A DNA stretch of 64,000 bases, from contig JAQVUX010000004.1 of the NCBI GenBank assembly GCA_028699255.1, forward strand, positions 88,668 through 152,667, read 5' to 3'. This DNA comes from Candidatus Omnitrophota bacterium. GTDB taxonomy: Bacteria; Omnitrophota; Gorgyraeia; 2-01-FULL-45-10. How positions within the stretch are numbered: position 1 is the first letter of the stretch; the number at the start of each line of letters is the position of its first letter. Below the pieces are notes generated by a model that worked only from the letters and a program-made list of their open reading frames with translations, had not been told where the DNA came from and did no database searches. Positions 28,193-38,607 of this stretch are shown here, piece after piece. The position numbers were made by a program, and so were the translations under genes.

Positions 28193-29782
28193 ATGCCAAA
28201 AGGTTATCTCGCGATAGTCCTTCACGCGCATCTGCCGTTTATACGCCATCCGGAATTTGACGATTTTCTCGAAGAAGATTGGCTTTTCGAGGCTATAACG
28301 GAAACCTACATTCCTCTCATAAAAGTCTTTGAAGGCCTGGCGCGCGACAAGGTCGAATACAAACTTACGATATCGCTCTCCCCGACATTGATGTCGATGC
28401 TCATGGACCCTCATCTGCAGTGGAAATACATAAAACATATTGATAAGCTGATCGAGCTTTCCTCCAAAGAGATAGACAGGACCAAATGGCAGGGGCAGTT
28501 CAATAACCTCGCCCATATGTATCACGATTCATTCCTGGATGCGAGACGCATATTTGTCGATGAATATCAGTCCAATCTCGTCAATGCTTTCAAAAAGTTC
28601 CAGGATTTAGGCAACCTGGAAGTGATCACGTGCTGTGCCACGCATGGTTACCTGCCTCTTATGGAAGTGGAGAGAGAGGCTTCCGTACGGGCTCAGGTTA
28701 AGGTGGCCGCGGATATGTACAAGAAAATATTCGGTCATCCGCCCGCGGGTATGTGGCTCCCGGAGTGTGGATATAAGCCCGGTGATGAGGAGATGTTGAA
28801 GAAAGAAGGGATAAAATATTTCTTCGTCGATACGCATGGTGTGCTCTTCGGCAGTCCACGGCCAAAGTTTGGAGTATTCAGCCCTTACCTTACAAAATGC
28901 GGCGCGGCGGCTTATGCTCGCGATACCGAGTCATCCAAAGCCGTATGGAGCGCAGTAGAGGGCTATCCGGGCGATTATAATTACAGGGAGTTTTACAGAG
29001 ATATAGGTTTCGATCTCGATTACGATTACATAAAACCTTACATAAATGCCGACGGTGTCAGGATAAATACCGGTATAAAATATTACAAGATCACCGGTAC
29101 TACGACTCATAAAGAACCGTATGTTCCGGAAGCGGCGCGTAACAGGGCCGCCGACCAGGCCGGCAATTTCATGTTTAATAGGGAGAAACAGATCGAGCAC
29201 CTCGTCGGCCAGATGGATGGGCGGGCGCCTATAATCGTCGCGCCGTATGACGCCGAATTGTATGGTCATTGGTGGTATGAAGGCCCGCAGTGGCTCGATT
29301 TCCTTATAAGAAAGATACGCTATGATCAAAAGACGATAGCACTTACCACCCCGGGTGAATATCTCAAGTTATACAAAAAGTACCAGGTCATGACTCCGGC
29401 CGCTTCAAGCTGGGGGTGGAAAGGCTACAGCGAGGTATGGCTCGAAGGATCTAACGACTGGATATATAGGCATACACATAAGATGGCCGAGCGCATGGTC
29501 GAAGTTGCTAAAGAGCATAAAAATGCGAAAGGGCTTATGCGCAGGGCGCTGAACCAGATGGCGAGGGAGCTTCTCCTGGCCCAGTCGAGCGATTGGGCAT
29601 TTATAATGAAGACGGGTTCTCACGTGCCGTATGCAGTCGAGCGGCTCCGTCAGCACGCGGAAAATTTCACAGAACTTTACGAGGAAGTGAAAGCGAATAC
29701 GTTCGACGAAGAGTATATAAAAAAGCTCGAAGACAAGTTTAACCTTTTCCCCGACATAGATTATTCCGTTTACGGGACATAA
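28193..29782 (+). CDS. GH57 family 1,4-alpha-glucan branching enzyme
   Basis: LAIVLHAHLPFIRHPE N-terminal GH57 signature. Length is about 530 aa. Confidence 0.8.
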   Translation: MPKGYLAIVLHAHLPFIRHPEFDDFLEEDWLFEAITETYIPLIKVFEGLARDKVEYKLTISLSPTLMSMLMDPHLQWKYIKHIDKLIELSSKEIDRTKWQGQFNNLAHMYHDSFLDARRIFVDEYQSNLVNAFKKFQDLGNLEVITCCATHGYLPLMEVEREASVRAQVKVAADMYKKIFGHPPAGMWLPECGYKPGDEEMLKKEGIKYFFVDTHGVLFGSPRPKFGVFSPYLTKCGAAAYARDTESSKAVWSAVEGYPGDYNYREFYRDIGFDLDYDYIKPYINADGVRINTGIKYYKITGTTTHKEPYVPEAARNRAADQAGNFMFNREKQIEHLVGQMDGRAPIIVAPYDAELYGHWWYEGPQWLDFLIRKIRYDQKTIALTTPGEYLKLYKKYQVMTPAASSWGWKGYSEVWLEGSNDWIYRHTHKMAERMVEVAKEHKNAKGLMRRALNQMARELLLAQSSDWAFIMKTGSHVPYAVERLRQHAENFTELYEEVKANTFDEEYIKKLEDKFNLFPDIDYSVYGT

Positions 29783-29794
29783 CCATTAAAAATC

Positions 29795-31441
29795 ATGGAT
29801 ACGAATAAGACGCTGGGTGTCGCATTTTTATGGCATATGCACCAGCCGTTCTACAAGGACCCGTTATCGGATAAATACATGATGCCGTGGGTTCGTTTGC
29901 GCGGCGTCAAAGATTATTTCCCTATGGCCGCGCTCGTCGACAGGGCTGAGCGTTTTAAGGCCACATTCAATCTGGTTCCGTCGCTTCTCGAGCAGATAAA
30001 CGATTACGTCTATAATTCCGCAACCGATACTTTTCTCGATCTTACCGTAAAGAAAGCAAGTTCGCTTTCGTTCCAGGATAAGGTTTCGATCCTGGAGCAT
30101 TTTTTTAAAGTCAATTTTAACCGGTTTATAGAACCGAACCCCGCTTATTCGCGCCTTCTCATGAAGAAAGGCGTAAGGCCGCTTTCCGGCGCCGCCTTGA
30201 AGTCTACGGTGAAAGATTTTTCCGACCAGGATTTTCTCGATCTTCAGGTTCTTTTTAATATGGCCTGGTTTCATTCTATCAATATCGACGAAGATAATAA
30301 TTTAAAAACTCTTGTGGACAAGAAGAATTATACCGAAGAAGACAAGGCCTACGTTGTATCTAAACAGCGCGAGATATTGGGCCGGATAATACCTTTATAC
30401 AAAAAGCTTCATTCCGAAGGGAAGATAGAGATAACCACGACGCCTTTTTATCATCCGATACTTCCTTTGTTGTGCGATACATCGGTTGCTTCTGTATCGA
30501 CGCCGGATATGGAACTTCCCAAAAGATTTCGTCATCCCGAAGACGCCGGATGGCAGATAGCGGAGGCCGTCAAATACCATACCGCGCAATTCGGCGTGAA
30601 ACCACGCGGGATGTGGCCGTCAGAGGGTAGCGTGTCCGATCAGGCGGTAGATGTCATGATCTCGAAAGGAATAAAATGGGCCGCTACCGACGAGGATATT
30701 CTTTTCCGTACCCTTTCGTCTTACGACAGAAGATACAAGGGCGTAGAGTTATTCGATAGAAGGATCATATATCGTCCTTATAAGGTGAAGAGAGATCGCG
30801 GTAGTATGACGCTTATATTCAGGGATAAGAACCTCTCGGACATGATAAGTTTCAGCTATAATTCATGGAACCCGCGCGACGCGGCATGGGACGTGATAGG
30901 GCATTGCAGGACGACGGCGCATAATTTGAGGCGCGACGCCGATATAGGGCTTATGACGATAGTTATGGACGGCGAGAACGCCTGGGAATATTACGAGGAC
31001 AATGGCAGGAGATTCTTCGAGACACTCTACGCCAATCTCGATTCTCAGGAAGAGATGTGCTCCACCACTATAAGTGGCTACCTCGCGGTCGATCCTCCAA
31101 AGAGAGTGCTTTCTAATATTTTTCCGGGCTCATGGATAAACCACAATTTCCGGATATGGATAGGCACGGAGCAGGATAACGTGTCATGGGATTACCTTGC
31201 CAGGGCGCGCAAAGACCTTGTCCGGTTCTCGAAAGAGCCGGGCGCGAAAATATCCGATGTTACACGGGCCTGGAGAGAGTTGTATATAGCGGAAGGCAGT
31301 GACTGGAACTGGTGGTATAACGGCAAGGCGCATGTGGGCGGGGATAATCCCTTCGATGAGCTCTACCTCACGCATCTTCAGAATATATATAAGATATTAA
31401 AAAAACCGGTTCCGGATTTTACAAAGATTTTTATTGCATAA
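29795..31441 (+). CDS. GH57 family glycoside hydrolase (alpha-amylase / 4-alpha-glucanotransferase-like)
   Basis: FLWHMHQPFY signature. MITDGENAWEYY block. Confidence 0.75.
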   Translation: MDTNKTLGVAFLWHMHQPFYKDPLSDKYMMPWVRLRGVKDYFPMAALVDRAERFKATFNLVPSLLEQINDYVYNSATDTFLDLTVKKASSLSFQDKVSILEHFFKVNFNRFIEPNPAYSRLLMKKGVRPLSGAALKSTVKDFSDQDFLDLQVLFNMAWFHSINIDEDNNLKTLVDKKNYTEEDKAYVVSKQREILGRIIPLYKKLHSEGKIEITTTPFYHPILPLLCDTSVASVSTPDMELPKRFRHPEDAGWQIAEAVKYHTAQFGVKPRGMWPSEGSVSDQAVDVMISKGIKWAATDEDILFRTLSSYDRRYKGVELFDRRIIYRPYKVKRDRGSMTLIFRDKNLSDMISFSYNSWNPRDAAWDVIGHCRTTAHNLRRDADIGLMTIVMDGENAWEYYEDNGRRFFETLYANLDSQEEMCSTTISGYLAVDPPKRVLSNIFPGSWINHNFRIWIGTEQDNVSWDYLARARKDLVRFSKEPGAKISDVTRAWRELYIAEGSDWNWWYNGKAHVGGDNPFDELYLTHLQNIYKILKKPVPDFTKIFIA

Positions 31442-31491
31442 AACATAGTAGTTGGTATAATTAAAATCAACAGTGAAAGGGGGGATATGTC

Positions 31492-31677
31492 ATGGTCAGA
31501 AACACGACGTTTAAATTGGGTAAGTCCTCGAACCCAACGATGACAAAAGAGGATGTGTGTAAGCTTGTTCAGAAGAAAGCTTATGAGCTTTACGAGAAGA
31601 GGGGTCGCAAGCCGGGTCATTCGATGGACGACTGGTTAGAAGCGGAAAGAATCATAAAAGGCAAGCTTTCCAGATAG
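31492..31677 (+). CDS. DUF2934-like small protein
   Basis: KKAYELYEKRG...DWLEAE pattern. Confidence 0.4.
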   Translation: MVRNTTFKLGKSSNPTMTKEDVCKLVQKKAYELYEKRGRKPGHSMDDWLEAERIIKGKLSR

Positions 31678-31701
31678 AAGTTAGCGATCAAATTTTATAA
31701 A

Positions 31702-31750
31702 GGCAGGGTAACGGTGTGGCCTGTGGGTCCAACGCCACCCTGCCTTTTTG
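31702..31750 (+). terminator. Intrinsic terminator
   Basis: GGCAGGGT...ACCCTGCC stem followed by TTTTTG. Confidence 0.65.
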
Positions 31751-32359
31751 CCCGGAGGGCGTATGAAAGCATTCCTGCTGTCTTTTATACCTGTATTTGT
31801 GGCTATGGACGCTATAGGCGTCCTGCCGATGTTTATCGGATTTACCGAGCATCTTAAGAAAGACGCTCAGCGCCGGATATTGACTCAGTCGATAATAACC
31901 GCTTTTGTCGTAGGTATATTCTTTCTCTTCCTGGGTAAATGGATATTCGAAGTTCTGGGAATAATGGTAGCCGATTTTAAGATAGCCGGCGGCCTGGTGC
32001 TTTTAGCGATATCGTTGCGCGATCTGCTTCGCAATGAGAAGACTCAGCGGATATCCCAGGATACGATAGGTGCGGTTCCGATAGGCACGCCTCTTATAAC
32101 CGGCCCGGCGGTATTGACTACCATAATCATACTGCTTGATTCCTATGGTCTGGTTCTTACCGTATCGTCATTCGTGATAAATCTGCTGATAACGTGGATA
32201 GCGTTTTACTACGCGACGGCGATATCCAATTTTCTGGGAAAGGCGGGCTCCAAGGCTTTTTCCAAAATAGCGAGTTTGCTTTTGGCCGCCATCGCGGTTA
32301 TGATGATACGAAAGGGCGTGCTTGACACGATAGCTTTTTTTGTAACTCAGAAAGTATAA
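31748..32359 (+). CDS. MarC family (UPF0056) integral membrane protein
   Basis: FIPVFVAMDAIG N-terminus. GTPLITGPAVLTT motif. Confidence 0.7.
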   Translation: MPGGRMKAFLLSFIPVFVAMDAIGVLPMFIGFTEHLKKDAQRRILTQSIITAFVVGIFFLFLGKWIFEVLGIMVADFKIAGGLVLLAISLRDLLRNEKTQRISQDTIGAVPIGTPLITGPAVLTTIIILLDSYGLVLTVSSFVINLLITWIAFYYATAISNFLGKAGSKAFSKIASLLLAAIAVMMIRKGVLDTIAFFVTQKV

Positions 32360-32366
32360 GTGCTAT

Positions 32367-33383
32367 ATGTTTTTAGCAATAATTTTAATAATAATACTTC
32401 TCGGCATAGCGGCGCTTACCGCCGCGGCTGAAATATCGATAATCGCGGTATCGAGAATAAAGCTCCGCAGGCTTGCCCTGTCCGGGTCTAAGTCTGCACA
32501 GCTCGTCATGAAGATGCTCGAGACGCCGGAGAAGTTCTTCAGCACGATCCTGGTCGTGAACAACATCGTCGATACGCTTATCGCGGCCATCGTTACTGTA
32601 ATAATGATCGAGGCCGTCGGCAATGAAAGTACCGGAATAGTGCTGGCCACGGTAATAGGTTCTCTGGCGATAATAGTTTTTGAGGTCGTGGCGAAGACGC
32701 TGGCCGCGACGCACTCGGAGAAGCTTGCCACTATCCTCGCGAAACCAGTTTATAGCTTCATAGTCATATTTTCCCCAGTAGTAAAAGGGCTTATCTATGT
32801 AACGAACTTCATACTTCATCTTGTCAGCGCACAGGCTCCGGCGAAACCCGCTCTTGTTACGGATGAGGAGTTGAAAGCTCTTATAAAGATAGGCGCGGAA
32901 GAAGACATTCAGCATAAAGAGAAATATAAGATGCTCTCGAAGGTTTTTGATTTCAGCGACGCGATCGTAAAAAATGTGATGACACCAAAAAAAGACATGG
33001 TCGCGATAAATATGGATTCGCGATTTGAGGATATTGTCGAAAATGTCCTGGAGTCCGGTTATTCAAGACTGCCGGTATATAAAGGAAGTCCGGAAAACAT
33101 AATCGGCATAATAAATATGAAGGATCTGCTTAGCATCTCGCTCAACAAAGAACTCGTCGTGCTTCAGGATATAGTGTATCCGGCTATATTTTTTCCCGGG
33201 ACGAAGAAGGTGTCCGAGCTTCTCAAGGAGTTCCAAAAAGGACATACCCACATCGCTCTTATAACAGATCCCGCCGGCAAACTTATGGGCCTTGTTACGC
33301 TCGAAGACCTCCTCGAAGAGATCGTCGGTGAGATTGAAGATGAGTACGATGTCCGCGCCAACTACTATAAAAATCCGCAATAA
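32367..33383 (+). CDS. CNNM/DUF21 transporter-associated protein with CBS pair (HlyC/CorC family)
   Basis: Four N-terminal TM helices (DUF21) followed by tandem CBS domains. Confidence 0.7.
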   Translation: MFLAIILIIILLGIAALTAAAEISIIAVSRIKLRRLALSGSKSAQLVMKMLETPEKFFSTILVVNNIVDTLIAAIVTVIMIEAVGNESTGIVLATVIGSLAIIVFEVVAKTLAATHSEKLATILAKPVYSFIVIFSPVVKGLIYVTNFILHLVSAQAPAKPALVTDEELKALIKIGAEEDIQHKEKYKMLSKVFDFSDAIVKNVMTPKKDMVAINMDSRFEDIVENVLESGYSRLPVYKGSPENIIGIINMKDLLSISLNKELVVLQDIVYPAIFFPGTKKVSELLKEFQKGHTHIALITDPAGKLMGLVTLEDLLEEIVGEIEDEYDVRANYYKNPQ

Positions 33384-33386
33384 TAC

Positions 33387-33431
33387 TTGACAAAAAGTAC
33401 GCCTGTGTTACAATTTTAAAAAATGTAACAC
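33387..33431 (+). promoter_or_regulatory. Putative sigma-70 promoter (TTGACA-16-TACAAT) overlapped by a perfect palindrome GTGTTACA-N11-TGTAACAC; candidate NikR operator
   Basis: The -35 is at 33387-33392 and the -10 at 33409-33414. The palindrome arms are at 33405-33412 and 33424-33431. Confidence 0.5.
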
Positions 33432-33444
33432 GAAGGAGCAACCG

Positions 33445-33858
33445 ATGGGGCTTGTAAGGTTTGGTGTTTCGCTCGAAAAAAATCTTCTCGATAAATTCGA
33501 CAAGCTGTGCGCCGGCAAGAATTATTCCAACCGCTCGGAGGCATTCCGCGATCTTATCCGCCAGGAACTCGTCAAAAAGGAATGGGAGGCGGACGAAGAT
33601 GTTGCCGGGACAATTACCATTATTTACGACCATCACCAGCGTGAACTCGTTACCAAGCTTATGGATATCCAGCACGATCAGGGTAAGGATATCATATCGA
33701 CCCAGCATATTCACGTAGACCACCATAATTGCATGGAGATAATAGCGGTGAGGGGAAGCGCAAAGAGTGTCCGCAAACTTGCCGATACCCTTAAAGCGGT
33801 AAAAGGCGTTAAGCATGCGACTCTTGGGATGTCGAGTACTGGAAAACATATAGGATGA
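33445..33858 (+). CDS. nikR: Nickel-responsive regulator NikR
   Basis: N-terminal ribbon-helix-helix (RFGVSLEKNLLDKFD). The C-terminal metal-binding domain carries the H..H...C..H ligand set (HQRE...HIHVDHHNCMEI). Confidence 0.8.
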   Translation: MGLVRFGVSLEKNLLDKFDKLCAGKNYSNRSEAFRDLIRQELVKKEWEADEDVAGTITIIYDHHQRELVTKLMDIQHDQGKDIISTQHIHVDHHNCMEIIAVRGSAKSVRKLADTLKAVKGVKHATLGMSSTGKHIG

Positions 33859-33907
33859 TTTTTTTGGAGTATAGTAGCACGATTATAATATTAGTAGCAC
33901 TATAAGG

Positions 33908-34894
33908 ATGGGGTATAGCATGAAGTCCGGCAAGATAATCGTAACCGGCGGCGCAGGTTTTATCGGGAGTTGTTTCTTGTGGAAACTGAACCGGGAAGGT
34001 ATTACGAATATAATAGTCGTTGATAATCTCGGGTCTTCCGATAAATGGCGGAATTTAGCAGGAAAGCAGTTTTTGGATTATATACAGAAAGACGATTTTC
34101 TGGGATTACTTGAAGGGGGCGTTAACATCGATGTTTCGGCTATCGTTCATTTAGGCGCCTGCAGTTCTACCACAGAAACCAATGCCGTGTATTTTATAAA
34201 AAATAATTACGAATACTCTAAAGCGCTTGCCAGGTGGTCGGAAGCCAACAAAGTAAAATTTATTTACGCCTCGTCGGCCGCTACATATGGGGACGGAGAA
34301 TTCGGATATGACGATTCCGATAAAACTACCCGTATACTGCGCCCGTTAAATATGTATGGTTATTCCAAACAACTTTTTGATCTGTGGATATTGAACAATA
34401 AGCTTAATCGGACTATGACGGGTGTTAAGTTTTTTAATGTATTCGGACCTAACGAATACCATAAAGGCGAGATGATGAGCGTTGTTTGTAAAAAATTCAT
34501 GGATGTGGATCGAACCGGACGAATAGAATTATTTAAATCTTACAAGCATGATTATAAGGACGGCGAGCAAAAGAGGGATTTTATATACGTAAAAGACGTG
34601 GTGGATGTTCTGGCATATTTTCTGGAACACTCGAAGCAGTCGGGTATATTTAATCTGGGATGCGGCGCGGCGCATAGCTGGAATGAGCTTGGGCGTGCTA
34701 TGTTCACCGCTCTTGGGAAAAAGCCCTGTATGGAATATGTTGACATGCCCGAAGGTTTAAGGCCGAAATATCAATATTTTACGCGAGCAAAGATGGATAA
34801 ATTAAGAAAAGCCGGCTACAAAGCTCGTTTTACACCGTTAGAAGAAGCGGTTAAAGATTATGCCGGTTATTTAAACGGGAAAAAATATTTATAA
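33908..34894 (+). CDS. hldD: ADP-L-glycero-D-manno-heptose 6-epimerase
   Basis: Near-collinear with E. coli HldD: IIVTGGAGFIGS, GACSSTTE, YASSAATYG, YGYSK and FFNVFGP. Confidence 0.85.
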   Translation: MGYSMKSGKIIVTGGAGFIGSCFLWKLNREGITNIIVVDNLGSSDKWRNLAGKQFLDYIQKDDFLGLLEGGVNIDVSAIVHLGACSSTTETNAVYFIKNNYEYSKALARWSEANKVKFIYASSAATYGDGEFGYDDSDKTTRILRPLNMYGYSKQLFDLWILNNKLNRTMTGVKFFNVFGPNEYHKGEMMSVVCKKFMDVDRTGRIELFKSYKHDYKDGEQKRDFIYVKDVVDVLAYFLEHSKQSGIFNLGCGAAHSWNELGRAMFTALGKKPCMEYVDMPEGLRPKYQYFTRAKMDKLRKAGYKARFTPLEEAVKDYAGYLNGKKYL

Positions 34895-34912
34895 GATTGG
34901 GAAGGACATACA

Positions 34913-35260
34913 ATGCATGATTTAAAATACGCGAATGAGATTTTAGCGGCTTTAAATAAAGCCGCTGTTAAAAAAAATAAGGCCTGCGCGATCGTCGTAA
35001 ATGTCAGGCTGAATCCTTTCAGCCATGTTACAGCCGAAGGGCTTGACGCTACCTTTAGGCTCCTTGCGGAGAGTGAGGGGTACGGCGATATACGGCTCAA
35101 TGTGCGAACTCTCGAATTTATCCTGCGTTGTAAAAGTTGCAGAAAAGTTTCACGGCATGGGGAGCCTATTTTTAAGTGCCCTGATTGCGGGAGTCCCGAT
35201 TTTGACATAGAAAAAGGCGATGATTTTTGCATAGACTCGATAGATGTGAACAAGAAATAA
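34913..35260 (+). CDS. hypA: Hydrogenase/urease nickel incorporation protein HypA
   Basis: MHD/E N-terminus. CxxC...CxxC zinc knuckle (CKSC...CPDC). Confidence 0.75.
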   Translation: MHDLKYANEILAALNKAAVKKNKACAIVVNVRLNPFSHVTAEGLDATFRLLAESEGYGDIRLNVRTLEFILRCKSCRKVSRHGEPIFKCPDCGSPDFDIEKGDDFCIDSIDVNKK

Positions 35261-35289
35261 TAAGGAATAATAATGAAAGGAGAAATGTA

Positions 35290-36717
35290 ATGTGGCGTAG
35301 TGTAATGAGAATAGCGGTGGTTATTATAGTTGCATCATTTTTATTACCGCCCATATCATGGGCGAGCGAGGATGAGCTTCGACGGGAAATAACCGCGCTT
35401 AAAGCGAAAGTTGCGGAGATGGATCAACTAAAGGCTCAAATAGCGGAGCTTCAGAAGCAGATGAGCGAGCAGAAGTGCAGTATACTGGCGCAACAGGGTA
35501 CCGTTAATGAGGTAAAACAGTCTTTGATACAGGCGGTGCCTTCCGAGGGTCTTATAAAATATGCGCCGGGCGAGGGGGTCGAGTTGCCGTGCGGGTTTAA
35601 ATTGCAGGCAGACGCTACCCTTATAATACAGGGCACTCCGAATGCCAATAATCCGGGCAGTGGCAATAAGTCCCAGTGCGATGCGTCGTGGTCAGCCGAT
35701 ATATTCATCGAAAAGGCGTTTGATGACTGGGGGCTCGCGCTTATGCATCTCGAGCCCGGGCAGTCGGACACGGTCGAGGGCGTTATGTCGCTGTATAGCA
35801 ATGTCAATAGGGACACTAACGATACCAGCGCTAATATACCGATAACGGAATTATGGTACGAGCATTATCTATTCGACAAGCAACTGACTATAACGGCCGG
35901 TAAGCTGGATCCGGCCAATTATTTGGATCAAAACGAATACGCATTCAATGAGTGCACGCAGTTTTTAGGCCGAATATTCAGGAATTCGCCCGCGATAGAA
36001 TGGCCTAACGATAATACGCTCGGCGCCTCTGTGACAGTGGCCCCGGAAGCCGTGCCGTATATTGCGGTGAACGCTTCGTATTTTAACGCCGATAATACAT
36101 ATAAAAATATATTTGATAAGCCGTTCATATCGGCGGAGCTTACATTCATGCCGGCAAAGGCGTTCAAATATGATGAAAATATGTGGGGCGGAAACTATAG
36201 GTTTTATTGGTGGTATAACGGCCTCGAGCATTCTAAATTGGTGAATGTGGGCGAATCGGCGGCTGATGTTTGCAAGGAGAAGAATACCGGTTTCGGCATA
36301 AGCTTTGACCAGATGATAACCGACATTTACGGAGTGTTTGCCCGTCTGGGCTGGGAGAGGCACGATATAAATATAGTCAGTACCAATCCCAATGCCGCGC
36401 CGTTGGAGGGCATGTGGGCGCTTGGTGCTCAGATGAAAGGTAAATATTGGAAGAGACCAGATGACGTGCTCGCCTTCGCTATAGGCCAGGCGGTTCCGAG
36501 TAGCCAGTATAAAAATTCTGACGATGCAATAGCCGCCGGCGCCGGCGGGGCACCCGAGGGGCATTTCGAAGTTTATTATAATATGAAACTTACGAAGAAT
36601 CTTGCTATAAGCCCGGACTTCCAGTGGATATGGAATCCGCATGGAATAAGCGAGTCATATCAAGGCTACGCCAATTCAATATTCGTTTATGGCGTAAGAG
36701 CGCAGTTGGACTTTTAG
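35290..36717 (+). CDS. Outer-membrane porin with N-terminal coiled coil (OprB-like), within the nickel locus
   Basis: RBS AAAGGAG. Signal peptide and a coiled coil, then an aromatic-rich beta-barrel ending in ...QLDF. Confidence 0.5.
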   Translation: MWRSVMRIAVVIIVASFLLPPISWASEDELRREITALKAKVAEMDQLKAQIAELQKQMSEQKCSILAQQGTVNEVKQSLIQAVPSEGLIKYAPGEGVELPCGFKLQADATLIIQGTPNANNPGSGNKSQCDASWSADIFIEKAFDDWGLALMHLEPGQSDTVEGVMSLYSNVNRDTNDTSANIPITELWYEHYLFDKQLTITAGKLDPANYLDQNEYAFNECTQFLGRIFRNSPAIEWPNDNTLGASVTVAPEAVPYIAVNASYFNADNTYKNIFDKPFISAELTFMPAKAFKYDENMWGGNYRFYWWYNGLEHSKLVNVGESAADVCKEKNTGFGISFDQMITDIYGVFARLGWERHDINIVSTNPNAAPLEGMWALGAQMKGKYWKRPDDVLAFAIGQAVPSSQYKNSDDAIAAGAGGAPEGHFEVYYNMKLTKNLAISPDFQWIWNPHGISESYQGYANSIFVYGVRAQLDF

Positions 36718-36731
36718 AAAGGAGAGAGAGT

Positions 36732-37415
36732 ATGCATATACCAGACGGATATTTAGGGCCTGTGACATGCGGGTTTTTTTATGCGGTCATGGTTCCTGTA
36801 TGGGCTTTTGCTTCAAAAATAGTTAAGAAAACTTTAAGCGTAAAACAGGTGCCGCTATTGGCAATCGGCGCGGCGTTCAGTTTTATAATAATGATGTTCA
36901 ACGTGCCGATACCGGGCGGTACAACAGGACACGCGGTAGGCGGCGTGCTCGTAGCGATATTGCTGGGGCCGTGGGCGGCATGCATAGCTATTACGGTGGC
37001 GCTTGTCATACAGGCGCTTCTCTTCGGAGACGGAGGGATTACCGCGATAGGCGCGAATTGTTTTAATATGGCCGTCGTCCTGCCGTTTGCGGGATATTAT
37101 ATATATAAAATAATAGCGCACAACGCCCCCGTCGATTCTAATAGACGGGTTATAGCCGCCGGCATGGCCGGATATATCGCGATTAATGTCGCGGCGGGGC
37201 TGACCGGGTTTGAATTCGGCATTCAACCGCTTATGCATCATACCGCGACCGGACAAGCGCTATACTGTCCTTACGGGTTAAATGTAGCGCTTCCCGCCAT
37301 GTTAGGTGAACACATGCTGGTATTCGGGTGGGTAGAGGCTATAGTTACCGCGCTCGTTATTAAGTATTTACAGAAACAGGCTCCGGAGCTTTTGAATGAA
37401 GGGAGGGTACAATAA
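36732..37415 (+). CDS. cbiM: Ni/Co ECF-type transporter substrate-specific component CbiM/NikM
   Basis: Hallmark MHIPDGYL N-terminus. RBS GGAGAGAGAG. Confidence 0.85.
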   Translation: MHIPDGYLGPVTCGFFYAVMVPVWAFASKIVKKTLSVKQVPLLAIGAAFSFIIMMFNVPIPGGTTGHAVGGVLVAILLGPWAACIAITVALVIQALLFGDGGITAIGANCFNMAVVLPFAGYYIYKIIAHNAPVDSNRRVIAAGMAGYIAINVAAGLTGFEFGIQPLMHHTATGQALYCPYGLNVALPAMLGEHMLVFGWVEAIVTALVIKYLQKQAPELLNEGRVQ

Positions 37416-37750
37416 TGAAAATAGTAACCAAGTTTTGGATCGCGTTGGCGATACTTATTGTGCTTTCGCCGCTCGGGCTGTTATTGCCGGAACATTTTAA
37501 GGCAGGCGCCGCATGGGGCGAGTGGGGAGCCGAAGAGATGAAAGAACTCGTAGGATATGTACCGCAAGGGTTGCAAAAACTGGCCGCTCTCTGGAACGCG
37601 CCTATACCCGACTACGCCTTTAAAGGTTGGGAAGAAAAAGGGTTGCCCCATCTCAGCTTAGCCTATATAATATCAGCTGTAGCAGGTATAGGTATTACCG
37701 TTATCGTGGTGATGTGTATAGGCAGGATGTTGACCAAAAAAGAGGACTGA
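37415..37750 (+). CDS. CbiN/NikN-like small membrane component
   Basis: Two TM helices flanking a periplasmic segment. Translationally coupled between cbiM and cbiQ. Confidence 0.5.
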   Translation: MKIVTKFWIALAILIVLSPLGLLLPEHFKAGAAWGEWGAEEMKELVGYVPQGLQKLAALWNAPIPDYAFKGWEEKGLPHLSLAYIISAVAGIGITVIVVMCIGRMLTKKED

Positions 37751-38607
37751 TGGCAAAAGTAAAGAATGCGGATTTCATAGAGCGCTCTATAATGGGCGCT
37801 CTATCTTTCTTGAAGGAAGCGGTTTTCTCCGACGAGTACGCTTCGAAAAATGGGCTTCTGCAGTCTCTCGATCCCAGGATAAAACTCGCGACATTCGCCG
37901 TATTTCTTTGTGCGGTACTTTTTACAAAAAGCATCCCGGCAGTATTATCTCTTTACATTGTATCGCTGGCGCTCGCGCGCCTATCCGGTATCGATCTCGG
38001 CTTCTTCCTGAAAAGGACGTGGATATTCATACCGCTATTCTCTTTCTTTATCGCGGTGCCGGCCATATTCAGCGTGTTTACGCCTGGGGATGCTATGGCA
38101 AATTTTAAAATTATCGGGTTAAATTTTGTGATAACGCGCCAGGGTTTTTTCGGCGCCGTCCTATTTTTAGCCCGGGTTATAACCTCGGTATCGTTCGCGG
38201 TACTCCTCAGTATAACCACGAAACATTTCGAACTTCTTAAAAGTTTGCGCACCTTCGGGGTACCGCAGGTTTTTGTCATGATACTGGGTATCTGCTACAG
38301 ATATATATATCTATTTACGGACGTGGTGCAAAATACCTATCTTGCCATTAGAAGCCGCGTTGGTGCCCGCATGCACCATAAAAAGGGCAGACAGATTGTT
38401 GCCTGGAACATGGCTTCGTTGTGGCACAGATCCTACCGCATGAACGAGGAGGTTTATAATTCCATGCTCGCGCGCGGGTATACGGGCGAGCCGGTTACAG
38501 TGAGCGATTTTAAAACTAAGACAGCGGACTGGGTATGGTTATTTTTCGTTATCTTTTTATCCGCCGCGGTTCTTTATTGCGGCAGTGCCTGGGAAATAAA
38601 AATATGA
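37750..38607 (+). CDS. cbiQ: ECF transporter transmembrane (T) component CbiQ/NikQ
   Basis: Polytopic membrane protein at the expected position. The internal start MAKVKN at 37750 overlaps the cbiN stop. Confidence 0.7.
   Translation: MAKVKNADFIERSIMGALSFLKEAVFSDEYASKNGLLQSLDPRIKLATFAVFLCAVLFTKSIPAVLSLYIVSLALARLSGIDLGFFLKRTWIFIPLFSFFIAVPAIFSVFTPGDAMANFKIIGLNFVITRQGFFGAVLFLARVITSVSFAVLLSITTKHFELLKSLRTFGVPQVFVMILGICYRYIYLFTDVVQNTYLAIRSRVGARMHHKKGRQIVAWNMASLWHRSYRMNEEVYNSMLARGYTGEPVTVSDFKTKTADWVWLFFVIFLSAAVLYCGSAWEIKI

Noticed and set aside
32385-32915. 176-aa minus-strand ORF
   Set aside because: Antisense to the CNNM/CBS gene; Arg-rich low-complexity sequence.
35965-36642. 225-aa minus-strand ORF
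   Set aside because: Antisense within the porin gene; Arg/His-rich composition typical of GC-biased antisense frames.
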